64,000 nt of DNA from Fervidicoccaceae archaeon. Its GTDB lineage: Archaea > Thermoproteota > Thermoprotei_A > Sulfolobales > Fervidicoccaceae. The stretch's first letter is position 1; the number at the start of each line of letters is the position of its first letter. The position numbers and the translations under genes are program-made. The stretch covers positions 62,001 through 126,000 of the forward strand of contig JAVYOA010000009.1 in the NCBI GenBank assembly GCA_038734945.1, given 5' to 3'. Under the pieces are notes generated by a model that worked only from the letters and a program-made list of their open reading frames with translations, made no database searches and had not been told where the DNA came from. Positions 30,172 to 39,024 of this stretch are shown here, one piece after another.

Positions 30172-30439
30172 GCTAAAGCTAATAGTATACGGCACAGAAG
30201 GCTGCATTCCATGCGAGAGAGCAGTCAAGTATTTGAGCGAAATGGGAATAGAGTGGGAATACATAGACATTGAAAAGAATGAGGAAGCAAGAATGACAGT
30301 GGAAATGATAGAAGGAGGAGAGCTTCTTCTTCCTCTTATACTAAATCCAGAAAATGAGCAGATTGCTCTAGGCTGTCCAGTGGAAAAGGAAAAATTTGAG
30401 AGAGAGATAGGGAGAATAGTCTCACAAGATAGGTGGTGA
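30149..30439 (+). CDS. Glutaredoxin-like protein
   Basis: IVYGTEGCIPC CxxC motif, YIDIE, LP. Confidence 0.8.
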   Translation: MKSGKKSKLKLIVYGTEGCIPCERAVKYLSEMGIEWEYIDIEKNEEARMTVEMIEGGELLLPLILNPENEQIALGCPVEKEKFEREIGRIVSQDRW

Positions 30440-31074
30440 ATATGAGCAATTTAAAGAAGAAGGTTGCTGATGGGATGAAAAGGCTATACGAGAGGGGGCT
30501 TGTCTCTTCTCTTGGAGGTAACGTGAGTGCCAGGTCAGAGGACAACAGCAGAATATTCATAACCCCTTCCGGGGTACCAAAATGGGAAATATTTGAAGAG
30601 GACGTTGTTGTTGTAGATCCTGAGGGAAGGATCATTGAGGGAACTCAGAAGCCCTCGAGCGAGCTTCCCAGCCATCTTCTTATTTATAGAAAGAGAGATG
30701 AAGTTCATGCAATAGTCCACGCTCATCCGCCATATGCTATTGCACTTGCAAATCAGGGACTTCTTGTACCACCATTGCATGTCTCTCCAGAAGAAGTGCT
30801 CTATCTTAGGAGATTGAGTGTTGTTGATTTTGCTCCTCCTGGTATAAAGACAGCGGAAATGATATCAGAAGCAATAACTTCTTCCGATGTAATTGTAATG
30901 AAGAATCATGGTGCATTCGCTATGGGAGGTAGCATTGAGGAAGCCATAGCGAAAATGGAGATCCTCGAGGAGGCATCAAAAATTATATACTTGCAGCTGG
31001 CCATTGAGAGAAATCCCAGCAAGATATCGAATGATAATGTCCAGGAAATACTGAGAACATACAAAAAAAGCTAG
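30433..31074 (+). CDS. Class II aldolase/adducin family protein (fuculose-phosphate aldolase-like)
   Basis: GGNVS, ITPSG, PSSE, VHAHPPY, NHG. Confidence 0.9.
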   Translation: MVNMSNLKKKVADGMKRLYERGLVSSLGGNVSARSEDNSRIFITPSGVPKWEIFEEDVVVVDPEGRIIEGTQKPSSELPSHLLIYRKRDEVHAIVHAHPPYAIALANQGLLVPPLHVSPEEVLYLRRLSVVDFAPPGIKTAEMISEAITSSDVIVMKNHGAFAMGGSIEEAIAKMEILEEASKIIYLQLAIERNPSKISNDNVQEILRTYKKS

Positions 31075-31943
31075 TGAGACAGGAAATGGTGATTCACCTC
31101 CTTGTTTCAGGCCTAATTCCGTATGATTCAGGTAAGACAACCTTTGCTGTTTCTCTAGCAAAAAAATTGAAGATGAGCGCTTCCGTCCATCCATTCAAGC
31201 CTGTCTCGGCCCATAGCATATTTACGCAGAGCTGGTCGTTTGAGGAAAGCTATAGGAGAGGCTACTTGATTGGAGGAGATGCTCTGATCTATGAAAGAGA
31301 GCTTGGATTAATGGAAAGGGACCTTCTCAGAATAAATCCCATCGATTTTCTCCTGTCTCCAATATCATCTCCTACTGTGTTGACAAGAGAAGAGCTGAAC
31401 GAGTACATGAAGAGCATGGAGAATCAGCTGAAAACGATGGCAGTAGCCAGAATCACGGATTGCCAAGATGGAAGATCAAAGCACTATCTCATAGTGGACA
31501 ACATCGATAGCTTTCCATCCAAGATCAGAAATAAAATAGACGATTTTTCTAGAAAAGTCAACTCAGAGAAAGAGGAAATAAGCGAACTTCTTAAGCTCAT
31601 GAGAAGCAGAGAAATCGAGAGAAACCTCGATACCTGCTTGGATTATCTGGAAAGAAACAGCAGAATTGTAATCACTGAATCCTTCAGCGACTCTCTCTAT
31701 CCATACGCAGGCATTTTGGGAAGAGCAAACATGATAGCAGTTGTGGCCCCAGGAAAGGCATACATATATTTAGATGCCTCCAAAGTGCAATCTCTTATCT
31801 CAACTGGAAAAATCTCCCCAGAGGAGCCCAGATCTGTTAGTCTTCTGCTCCATTCTCAGCCAGACTTTTGGGAGGACCTCAGCTTAGGGGATCCCATTTC
31901 CGCTGAAAGCAAAATTCTCTCAAGAATACTATCTTCACTCTGA
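31074..31943 (+). CDS. Uncharacterised archaeal P-loop NTPase
   Basis: GLIPYDSGKTT, PFKPVSAH, INPID, IVITESFSD. Confidence 0.7.
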   Translation: MRQEMVIHLLVSGLIPYDSGKTTFAVSLAKKLKMSASVHPFKPVSAHSIFTQSWSFEESYRRGYLIGGDALIYERELGLMERDLLRINPIDFLLSPISSPTVLTREELNEYMKSMENQLKTMAVARITDCQDGRSKHYLIVDNIDSFPSKIRNKIDDFSRKVNSEKEEISELLKLMRSREIERNLDTCLDYLERNSRIVITESFSDSLYPYAGILGRANMIAVVAPGKAYIYLDASKVQSLISTGKISPEEPRSVSLLLHSQPDFWEDLSLGDPISAESKILSRILSSL

Positions 31944-32097
31944 AATCTAAAATTCCCAGAATGGATATCTCTCAACCTTAATTCTCTGCACTCTTGCGTC
32001 TTTCCTAGCCATACAAGATTTACATGATCACTTGCTTGGTCCGATCAATATGTGATGTTTATATATGAAGTATCTTAAAAATAATAACGGTGAGAAA

Positions 32098-34122
32098 ATG
32101 GTGGAACTGAACAGAGAAGTTGCCCTCAAAATGTACAAAGACATGGTGAAAATTAGGTACTTCGAGGACACTATAAGAAACTATTACTATGAGGGAAAGA
32201 AGCCAATATTCAACATAGCAGCAGGTCCGATACCTGGAGAAATGCATTTAGCGGCGGGACAGGAGCCAGCTGCTGTCGGAATGGCCATTCATCTGAGGAA
32301 GGAAGACTTCATAGCTGCAACTCATAGGCCTCATCACATAGCTATAGCTAAGGGCGTTGATCTCAAGAAGATGGCAGCAGAGATCTTTGGAAAGGCTACA
32401 GGACTAGGAAAGGGAAAAGGAGGGCATATGCACCTCTTCGATGTCAATGCTTCATTTGGATGCAGCGGAATTGTGGGAGCTTCATTTCCACAAGCTGTTG
32501 GTGCAGGATTGGCCTTCAAAAAGCTGGGAAAAAACAACGTTGCTGTAGCTTATGGAGGGGATGGAGCAGCTAATCAGGGAACTTTTCATGAGTCCCTTAA
32601 CCTGGCATCTCTCTGGAAGCTACCAGTGATATTCGTCATAGAGGACAACAAGTGGGCAATAAGCGTTTCGAAGTCGAAGTCCACAGCAGTTTCAAGAAAT
32701 GCGGACAGGGCGGTTGCCTATGGCATACCTGGAGTATTCATACCGGATAATGATCTTTTTGCAATGTTCGAGGCATCCAAGGAAGCAGTGGAGAGAGCCA
32801 GAGCAGGGAAGGGACCAACCCTAATAGAGATAGAAACTTACAGACTCTACGGACACTTCGAGGGGGATCCTGAGGTCTACAGGCCAAAAGAGGAGCTGGA
32901 GCGTCTGAAGGCTAACGATCCCATAATTAGGACTAGAAACGAACTCATAAAGAGAGGATGGCTCGATGAGGCACTGGACAAAAAGCTAACCGAGGAAGCA
33001 AAGAAAGAAGTGGATGAAGCAATCAAGTTTGCTCTAGACAGCCCATATCCAAAGCCAGAGGAGGCTCTTGAAGACGTTTTTGCTCCATCGCCTCTCCCCC
33101 CGGAGCCAGAAATTAGGGGGACAAGAAGGCTCCCCATGTATCTTGCCATAAGCGAGGCAATTGCCCAGGAAATGGAGAGGGATGAAAGAATAATTGTGAT
33201 GGGAGAAGACGTAGGGGTATATGGAGGGATATTCGGGGCAACTTACGGCCTATATAATAAGTTTGGACCAGAGAGAATAATAGATACACCAATTTCCGAG
33301 GCAGGATTCTTTGGTGCAGCTCTGGGCGCTGCCATGAGCGGTCTGAGACCCATAGTCGAGCTCATGTTCGTGGACTTCTTTGGAGTAGCATTTGATCAAA
33401 TGTACAATCACATAGCAAAAAACCACTACATGAGCGGAGGAAGCGTGAATGTACCAGTCGTCATGCAAACTGCAATAGGCGGTGGATATAATGACGCAGC
33501 ACAACATTCTCAAGTTCTGTACTCAATATTTGCGCATGTTCCTGGTATCAAAGTTGTTGTCCCATCAAACTCATTTGATGCTAAAGGGCTTATGATAAGT
33601 TCGATCAGAGACGGGAATCCAATTATGTACATGTTCCATAAGGGCCTCATGGGCCTTCCCTGGATGCCCTATCCGCAGAGCGCTGTCTCAATTGTTCCGG
33701 AAGAGCCCTATCAGGTTCCTATAGGAAAAGCAAAGGTTGTGAGAAAAGGGAGGCATGTGACAATTGTTGGAGCAGCCCTCTCTGTTCACAGAGCGATTGA
33801 GGCTGCTGAGAAGCTTTCATCAGAGGGAATAGAGGCTGAAGTAATAGATCTGAGAAGCCTCAAGCCTCTAGACAAGAAGACAGTGCTGGACAGCCTCAAG
33901 GAAACAGGAAATCTAATAGTGGTTGATGAGGACTATTTGAGCTACGGCCTCACGGGAGAGCTAGCAGCAGTTGCCGCTGAAGAAGCTTTGCCATACCTGA
34001 AGTCCTATACGAGAATAGCTGTTCCCGATGTTCCAATTCCCTACAGCAGACCTCTGGAGCAGTTTGTGCTTCCCTCGGTTGAAAGAATTGTAGAGGCAGC
34101 TAAGAGGGCAGTTGGAAAGTAA
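32098..34122 (+). CDS. TPP-dependent acetoin/2-oxoacid dehydrogenase E1, fused alpha and beta
   Basis: Alpha half: GEMHLAAGQE, GDGAANQG...N, YRLYGHFEGD; beta half: MGEDVG, DTPISE, AAQHSQ, IDLRSL. Confidence 0.92.
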   Translation: MVELNREVALKMYKDMVKIRYFEDTIRNYYYEGKKPIFNIAAGPIPGEMHLAAGQEPAAVGMAIHLRKEDFIAATHRPHHIAIAKGVDLKKMAAEIFGKATGLGKGKGGHMHLFDVNASFGCSGIVGASFPQAVGAGLAFKKLGKNNVAVAYGGDGAANQGTFHESLNLASLWKLPVIFVIEDNKWAISVSKSKSTAVSRNADRAVAYGIPGVFIPDNDLFAMFEASKEAVERARAGKGPTLIEIETYRLYGHFEGDPEVYRPKEELERLKANDPIIRTRNELIKRGWLDEALDKKLTEEAKKEVDEAIKFALDSPYPKPEEALEDVFAPSPLPPEPEIRGTRRLPMYLAISEAIAQEMERDERIIVMGEDVGVYGGIFGATYGLYNKFGPERIIDTPISEAGFFGAALGAAMSGLRPIVELMFVDFFGVAFDQMYNHIAKNHYMSGGSVNVPVVMQTAIGGGYNDAAQHSQVLYSIFAHVPGIKVVVPSNSFDAKGLMISSIRDGNPIMYMFHKGLMGLPWMPYPQSAVSIVPEEPYQVPIGKAKVVRKGRHVTIVGAALSVHRAIEAAEKLSSEGIEAEVIDLRSLKPLDKKTVLDSLKETGNLIVVDEDYLSYGLTGELAAVAAEEALPYLKSYTRIAVPDVPIPYSRPLEQFVLPSVERIVEAAKRAVGK

Positions 34123-34165
34123 AAATTTTTTTTAAAAAAAACTTTTGAAGGAAGGGGTATCTGAA

Positions 34166-34399
34166 ATGATAGTTCAGGTTCCAAGCAAGTGGGATGTTTC
34201 GAGATATGGAAATGGAGTTATAGCGGAATGGTACAAAAGAGAAGGAGAGAGCGTGAAGAAAGGAGAACTTCTCTGCCTCATAATGGTCTCTAAAATAAGG
34301 ATAGAAGTTGAGTCTCCAGTTGATGGAAAGATCAAGAGAATAATTGCTCAGAAGGAAACCGAAGTTAAGCCAGGAGATCCACTAGTGGAGATAGAGTAA
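34166..34399 (+). CDS. Stand-alone lipoyl-domain protein
   Basis: EWYKREGESVKKGE...SKIRIEVESPVDG...VKPGDPL fold signature with lipoyl Lys. Confidence 0.85.
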   Translation: MIVQVPSKWDVSRYGNGVIAEWYKREGESVKKGELLCLIMVSKIRIEVESPVDGKIKRIIAQKETEVKPGDPLVEIE

Positions 34400-34400
34400 G

Positions 34401-35402
34401 ATGGGGGAAAAAAGAGAGCTGCCTGATGGTCCTGTTGGCTTGATAATAAACCCCGTAGCTGGAACTGATCTCAGGAGGCTAACATCAACGGCAGCTTTCA
34501 TGGACAATAACATGAAAGTGAGGCTGGCTAGAAGCGTCATAGGAGGGATGGCTGGCCTCGGAATTAGGGAATTCGCCATAATGCCAGATTACCTTGGTGT
34601 ATTCAAGGTACTTATTGAATCTCTTTCCTTGGAAGGCTTGGAACTTCATGTTCTCGATATGGAAGCAGGAGGAGGGCCTGATGACACTAGAAACGCTGTG
34701 AAGCAGCTCATCGAGCTCAATTCCCCCCTCATAGTATCCCTCGGCGGCGATGGAACAGTTAGAGTCATAGCGGAGCATTCCGGAGAAACACCAATCCTCC
34801 CAATTTCAACAGGAACAAATAACACCATTCCCTACTTCACTGAGGGCACTGTTGCGGGACTTGCGGCAGGATACTATCTTAGAGGGCTCATTGATCCGGA
34901 AATATCACTCATGAGGGCAAAGAAGTTGGTTATTGAAATAGATGGAAGAAGCGAGGGGATCGGGCTCGTTGAAGTTTCAATGACTGATTATCCCTTCAGA
35001 GGTGCTGCCATGATAGATGTTTCCAGAGTCATCGACAGCGTAATAAGTATAGCTGATCCAACAGGGATTGGTGTATCCTCTGTGGGAGGGATGCTGAGAA
35101 TAGTTAAAGCCTCATCCAGATATGCTCTGAGAGTTCTCTTCGGAAAGGGAAAAAAAGTCAGAGCAGCGGTATATCCAGGAGTGGTGAAGGATATAGATAT
35201 AAAGAGCTTCGAGCTGCTTCCAGTTGGAAGTAGGGTGGAGCTCGCAAAAGGACAATATGTTGAGGCAGACGGAGAGAGACTTTTCCATGTTTCTGAAGAA
35301 AACAAGGTAACCGTATTTGTATCGGATGAGGGTCCATATATTCTGGACATTCCATCTATAATGAGTGCAGTATCCGCAAGAGGCCTGGCTATTTCTAGCT
35401 AA
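34401..35402 (+). CDS. acoX: AcoX-like protein (ATP-NAD kinase fold)
   Basis: GLIINPVAGTDLRRL, LGGDGT, PISTGTNN, EGTVAG, ADGER; in acetoin dehydrogenase context. Confidence 0.8.
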   Translation: MGEKRELPDGPVGLIINPVAGTDLRRLTSTAAFMDNNMKVRLARSVIGGMAGLGIREFAIMPDYLGVFKVLIESLSLEGLELHVLDMEAGGGPDDTRNAVKQLIELNSPLIVSLGGDGTVRVIAEHSGETPILPISTGTNNTIPYFTEGTVAGLAAGYYLRGLIDPEISLMRAKKLVIEIDGRSEGIGLVEVSMTDYPFRGAAMIDVSRVIDSVISIADPTGIGVSSVGGMLRIVKASSRYALRVLFGKGKKVRAAVYPGVVKDIDIKSFELLPVGSRVELAKGQYVEADGERLFHVSEENKVTVFVSDEGPYILDIPSIMSAVSARGLAISS

Positions 35403-35453
35403 CATTTATTTTAACGTATTATTCAATTCTCTTTTTGAGCCGTGGGGAAGCTG

Positions 35454-36149
35454 ATGGAGAAAAGGACACCGATTGTCATAAAGATAAGTGGAAGCTTTAT
35501 TCAGCCTGATATGCCTGAAATGGTTAAACAATATGCAGAGCTATTGAGAGAGATCTGGGAAAGCGGATATAGACCCATGGTAGTCGTTGGAGGAGGAAGA
35601 ATAGCGAGACTTTATATAGAGAGTGCCAGAAGTCTTGGGGCAAGCGAATCCATGCTCGATCTCCTTGGAATCGATGTTACCAGGCTCAATGCCCATCTTC
35701 TCATAACATCGCTTGCTGATATTGCCCTTCCATATCCTCCAAGAAACATTGATGAGATCCTGAATGCGAAGCAGGATCCTTTGGAGAGAATAATGGTTGC
35801 TGGAGGCCTCCAGCCAGGACAATCAACAAATGCTGTCTCAGCAGTCGTAGCAGAACTGGTTGGTGCAAAAAAGATAATCAATGCCACAAAGGTAGATGGC
35901 GTCTACGATAGAGATCCCAACATTGATAAAAACGCTAAGCTAATCAGGAAAATAACTACAATGCAAATGAGAGAGATACTAGAAAAGCAGAGCGCTTTAG
36001 CAGGAAAATATGAGCTCCTGGATCCGCCCAGCCTCACAATAATTGAGAGAAGCAAGATAATTGTCCACGTAATAAGTGGGTCAGATCCACAAAACGTTCT
36101 GAAAGTCCTAAGAGGAGAAGAGCTTGGCTCCGTTATATTACCTGTTTAA
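35454..36149 (+). CDS. pyrH: UMP kinase
   Basis: VIKISGS, VVGGGRIAR, PGQSTNAVS, ATKVDGVYDRDP. Confidence 0.93.
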   Translation: MEKRTPIVIKISGSFIQPDMPEMVKQYAELLREIWESGYRPMVVVGGGRIARLYIESARSLGASESMLDLLGIDVTRLNAHLLITSLADIALPYPPRNIDEILNAKQDPLERIMVAGGLQPGQSTNAVSAVVAELVGAKKIINATKVDGVYDRDPNIDKNAKLIRKITTMQMREILEKQSALAGKYELLDPPSLTIIERSKIIVHVISGSDPQNVLKVLRGEELGSVILPV

Positions 36150-36164
36150 AATTAGAGGTCTCAA

Positions 36165-37805
36165 ATGATGCAAGAGGGGAAAAGAAGGCTTAAAATTGGA
36201 ATCATAACAGGCAAGAAAGCATATCCCCTCATTGAGGAGGTTGTCAAGGCTATTGAGAGAAAAGGAAAAGCAGATTTTATCATTATTCCTCTCGATATAG
36301 GAGTAGTATCTCTTGCATCAGCAGACTTGATTGCTAACAAGCTCAAGAACTCTCCATCCTTTCTAAAAACTCTGAAGAGCTGCGATTTGGTTCTAATTCC
36401 AGGAACAGTCAAGGGTGATGCTGAAAAAATAACGGAAATAACAGGGGTCACAACATACAAGGGAGGAATCTATCCATCCAGCATCTCATTCATTGTGGAA
36501 TCCCTGCTCAGAGGAGAGGAGCTATCCACAACTGATCCTGCAGAGACATTCTTGAAAATGAAGGAGGAAAAAATGCTGAGAGGCACACTGGAGCAAATAT
36601 ACAGGAGCTACGAAAGAGCCTTCAGCATAGGAAGCATAGGGATCCCTATTAGACCTCCTCCTATAGTGATAGCTGCAGAGACTCCTGTTTCAATGAGCCC
36701 AGACATGCTGGAGGATCACGCAAGGATGCTGGAAGAGAACGGTGCTGAGATCGTGATCGCGGGTCTACCAATCGATGAGAGCTTGGAAGCAAGTATGAGG
36801 AGAATACAAGCTGTTGAGAAGGGGCTGAACAGAGCATCATTGGGGGTGGATTCCCTGAATCCCAAAGCCCTCATTGAGGGAGCGAAGATTGGAGCTGAGC
36901 TACTTCTATCTCTCAGCGAGGGAAATATGGAACAGCTGCGTGGTGTGAGGGACAGGGCCTTCGTTGTCATTCCCGGAAATCCAATGGAGGGAAGGCTTCC
37001 CAGAAAGGGGGAGGAAGCTGCAAACATGCTAGATGTGGCATTGAAAAAAGCGAGGGAGTTTGGCTTCGAAAAGTTGATTGCCGATCCCGTTTTGAGTCCC
37101 CCTGGCATAGGCTTATCTGAATCCATAAAAGCATACTATTTCTCTTCACAGTTGCTTCAGGGGATTCCGCTATTTGCTGGACTGTCCAATGTCATAGAGC
37201 TTTTCGACGCTGATTCCACAGGCATAGCTGCTTTGCTGGTGCAGTTGCTGGGAGAAATAGGAGTCAGTGTTATGCTCACCTCAGAGGAATCGAGGAAAGC
37301 TCAGGGATCGACGCTGGAGGCAAGAGGAGCATCTCTCCTTTCCTCTCTCTCCCTCCATTTGAAGGCTCCACCCCACAATATAGGGATTGACCTTTTGTTC
37401 ATGAAAGAAAAGGAGACCCAACCTGAGATGGTGTTTCCGGAAGGAGCGATCATCGAGGAAGTTAAGGAAGAGCCTCAGCCTAGGATGGATGAGGGGATCT
37501 TCTTCACAATAGGAATAAACAGAAACGATCAAAGCATAATAGCATGTGCTAACTTGAGCGGAAAGAATATATGCTTTAAGGGAAAGTCTGCTAGGGCTCT
37601 CTATAAGAAAATTGTTTCACAGTTTGAATCAATTTCCAAGGAGCATGCTGCCTATCTTGGCTACGAGCTTTCCAAGGCTGAGCTTTCACTGGCTTTGGGT
37701 AAAACATACATACAGGATTCAGATTTATTAGACCAGTTGAGGAAAAAGAGAGAAAGCATCAGGGGCATTTTCCAACATATTTGGGAAGTGAGAAGTAATG
37801 GTTGA
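36165..37805 (+). CDS. Archaeal dihydropteroate synthase-like protein (pterin-binding TIM barrel with C-terminal domain)
   Basis: IITGKKA, LIPG, GVDS, IADPVL, GLSNVIELFDADSTG, HAAYLGYELSKAE...YIQD. Confidence 0.8.
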   Translation: MMQEGKRRLKIGIITGKKAYPLIEEVVKAIERKGKADFIIIPLDIGVVSLASADLIANKLKNSPSFLKTLKSCDLVLIPGTVKGDAEKITEITGVTTYKGGIYPSSISFIVESLLRGEELSTTDPAETFLKMKEEKMLRGTLEQIYRSYERAFSIGSIGIPIRPPPIVIAAETPVSMSPDMLEDHARMLEENGAEIVIAGLPIDESLEASMRRIQAVEKGLNRASLGVDSLNPKALIEGAKIGAELLLSLSEGNMEQLRGVRDRAFVVIPGNPMEGRLPRKGEEAANMLDVALKKAREFGFEKLIADPVLSPPGIGLSESIKAYYFSSQLLQGIPLFAGLSNVIELFDADSTGIAALLVQLLGEIGVSVMLTSEESRKAQGSTLEARGASLLSSLSLHLKAPPHNIGIDLLFMKEKETQPEMVFPEGAIIEEVKEEPQPRMDEGIFFTIGINRNDQSIIACANLSGKNICFKGKSARALYKKIVSQFESISKEHAAYLGYELSKAELSLALGKTYIQDSDLLDQLRKKRESIRGIFQHIWEVRSNG

Positions 37806-38958
37806 ACTCAAAGACTTCAAGCTTGTATATGGAGGAACAACGCTATATTTTGGTTCAGATTCAACGGAAAAAATAAGGGAGCACATTGCTGGAAAGAAAA
37901 GAGCCCTAATAGTCACTGGGAGAAGGTCTGCAAGGGAAAGTGGAGCTCTGAAGGATGTAGAGAGCGTTCTCGAAGATCTAAAAATCGAGAGGAAAATATT
38001 TGACAGAGTAAGCTCCAATCCAACAGTTGAAATTGTCGAGGAAATAGTAGAGGAACTGAAGAGCTTCTCTCCGGACTTCATCGTAGCAATTGGAGGAGGA
38101 AGCGTAATAGACTCAGCCAAGCTGGCTTCCGCAGCCTATGCAGAGAGTAGAAATCCAGCTGATTATATCAAGGGAAGAGCAAAGGCGCAGAAGCATCTCT
38201 TTCTCGTAGCAGTGAACCTCACACATGGAACTGGAACAGAGATAGATAGATATGCTGTAGCAACAATAAGCCAGACTAAGGAAAAGCTTGGAACAATAGT
38301 GGCATATCCTGATGTCTCCGTTGATAATCCTAAGTACCTCTTGACTCTCTCCAGAAACCAGACTATTTTCACATCTCTCGATGCTCTATACCATGCATTG
38401 GAATCCAGCATATCTAGCTCTTCCAATGCCCTTGTAATAGATCTCTCCAGAGCTGCTGTTGAGAAAATTTTCTCTTATCTAGGGAAAGCTGTCAGCAATC
38501 CTAGGGATATTGAGTCCAGATATATGCTCCTCTATTCAAGCATGTTGGCCGGGATAGCCATAGACTTAGCTGGAACGAGCATAATACATGGACTGGAGCA
38601 TGGTTTGAGTGGAGTGGAACCAGGACTCGAGCATGGAGCTGGGCTGGCTATTATAGGACCAACCCTAATGAAAGTTCTCTATAGGGTAAGAACAGAGGAA
38701 GCCTATGCTGTAATGAGGATAATAGATCCTGAGCTTAGACCGCTGGCAGAAGATGCGGAAAGAGCCGGAGAATCACTTGCAAGGTTCCAGGAATCCGTCG
38801 GTTTCAATTTGTCGCTGGCAGACTATGGCTTCGATGAGAAGAAGCTGAGAGAGGCAATAGAAGTCTCGTGGCCTCTTTTCAACAGTAGGCTGATTCCAGG
38901 AGTTCTTGAGATGGGTAAGGAGCAGATTTTCTCTCTCCTGAGACCCCTACTGAAGTAA
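37798..38958 (+). CDS. Iron-containing alcohol dehydrogenase
   Basis: AIGGGSVIDSAK, NLTHGTGTE, DALYHALE, HGLEH...HGAG. Confidence 0.92.
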   Translation: MVELKDFKLVYGGTTLYFGSDSTEKIREHIAGKKRALIVTGRRSARESGALKDVESVLEDLKIERKIFDRVSSNPTVEIVEEIVEELKSFSPDFIVAIGGGSVIDSAKLASAAYAESRNPADYIKGRAKAQKHLFLVAVNLTHGTGTEIDRYAVATISQTKEKLGTIVAYPDVSVDNPKYLLTLSRNQTIFTSLDALYHALESSISSSSNALVIDLSRAAVEKIFSYLGKAVSNPRDIESRYMLLYSSMLAGIAIDLAGTSIIHGLEHGLSGVEPGLEHGAGLAIIGPTLMKVLYRVRTEEAYAVMRIIDPELRPLAEDAERAGESLARFQESVGFNLSLADYGFDEKKLREAIEVSWPLFNSRLIPGVLEMGKEQIFSLLRPLLK

Positions 38959-39024
38959 TTAGTCTCAATTTTTTATAAAAAATCTTTTATAATATTCCGG
39001 CGAATAGAAAATTAGGTGCTTTAT

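Noticed and set aside
31947..32012. 21-aa minus-strand ORF MARKDARVQRIKVERYPFWEF
   Set aside because: Too short and no convincing SD; could be chance
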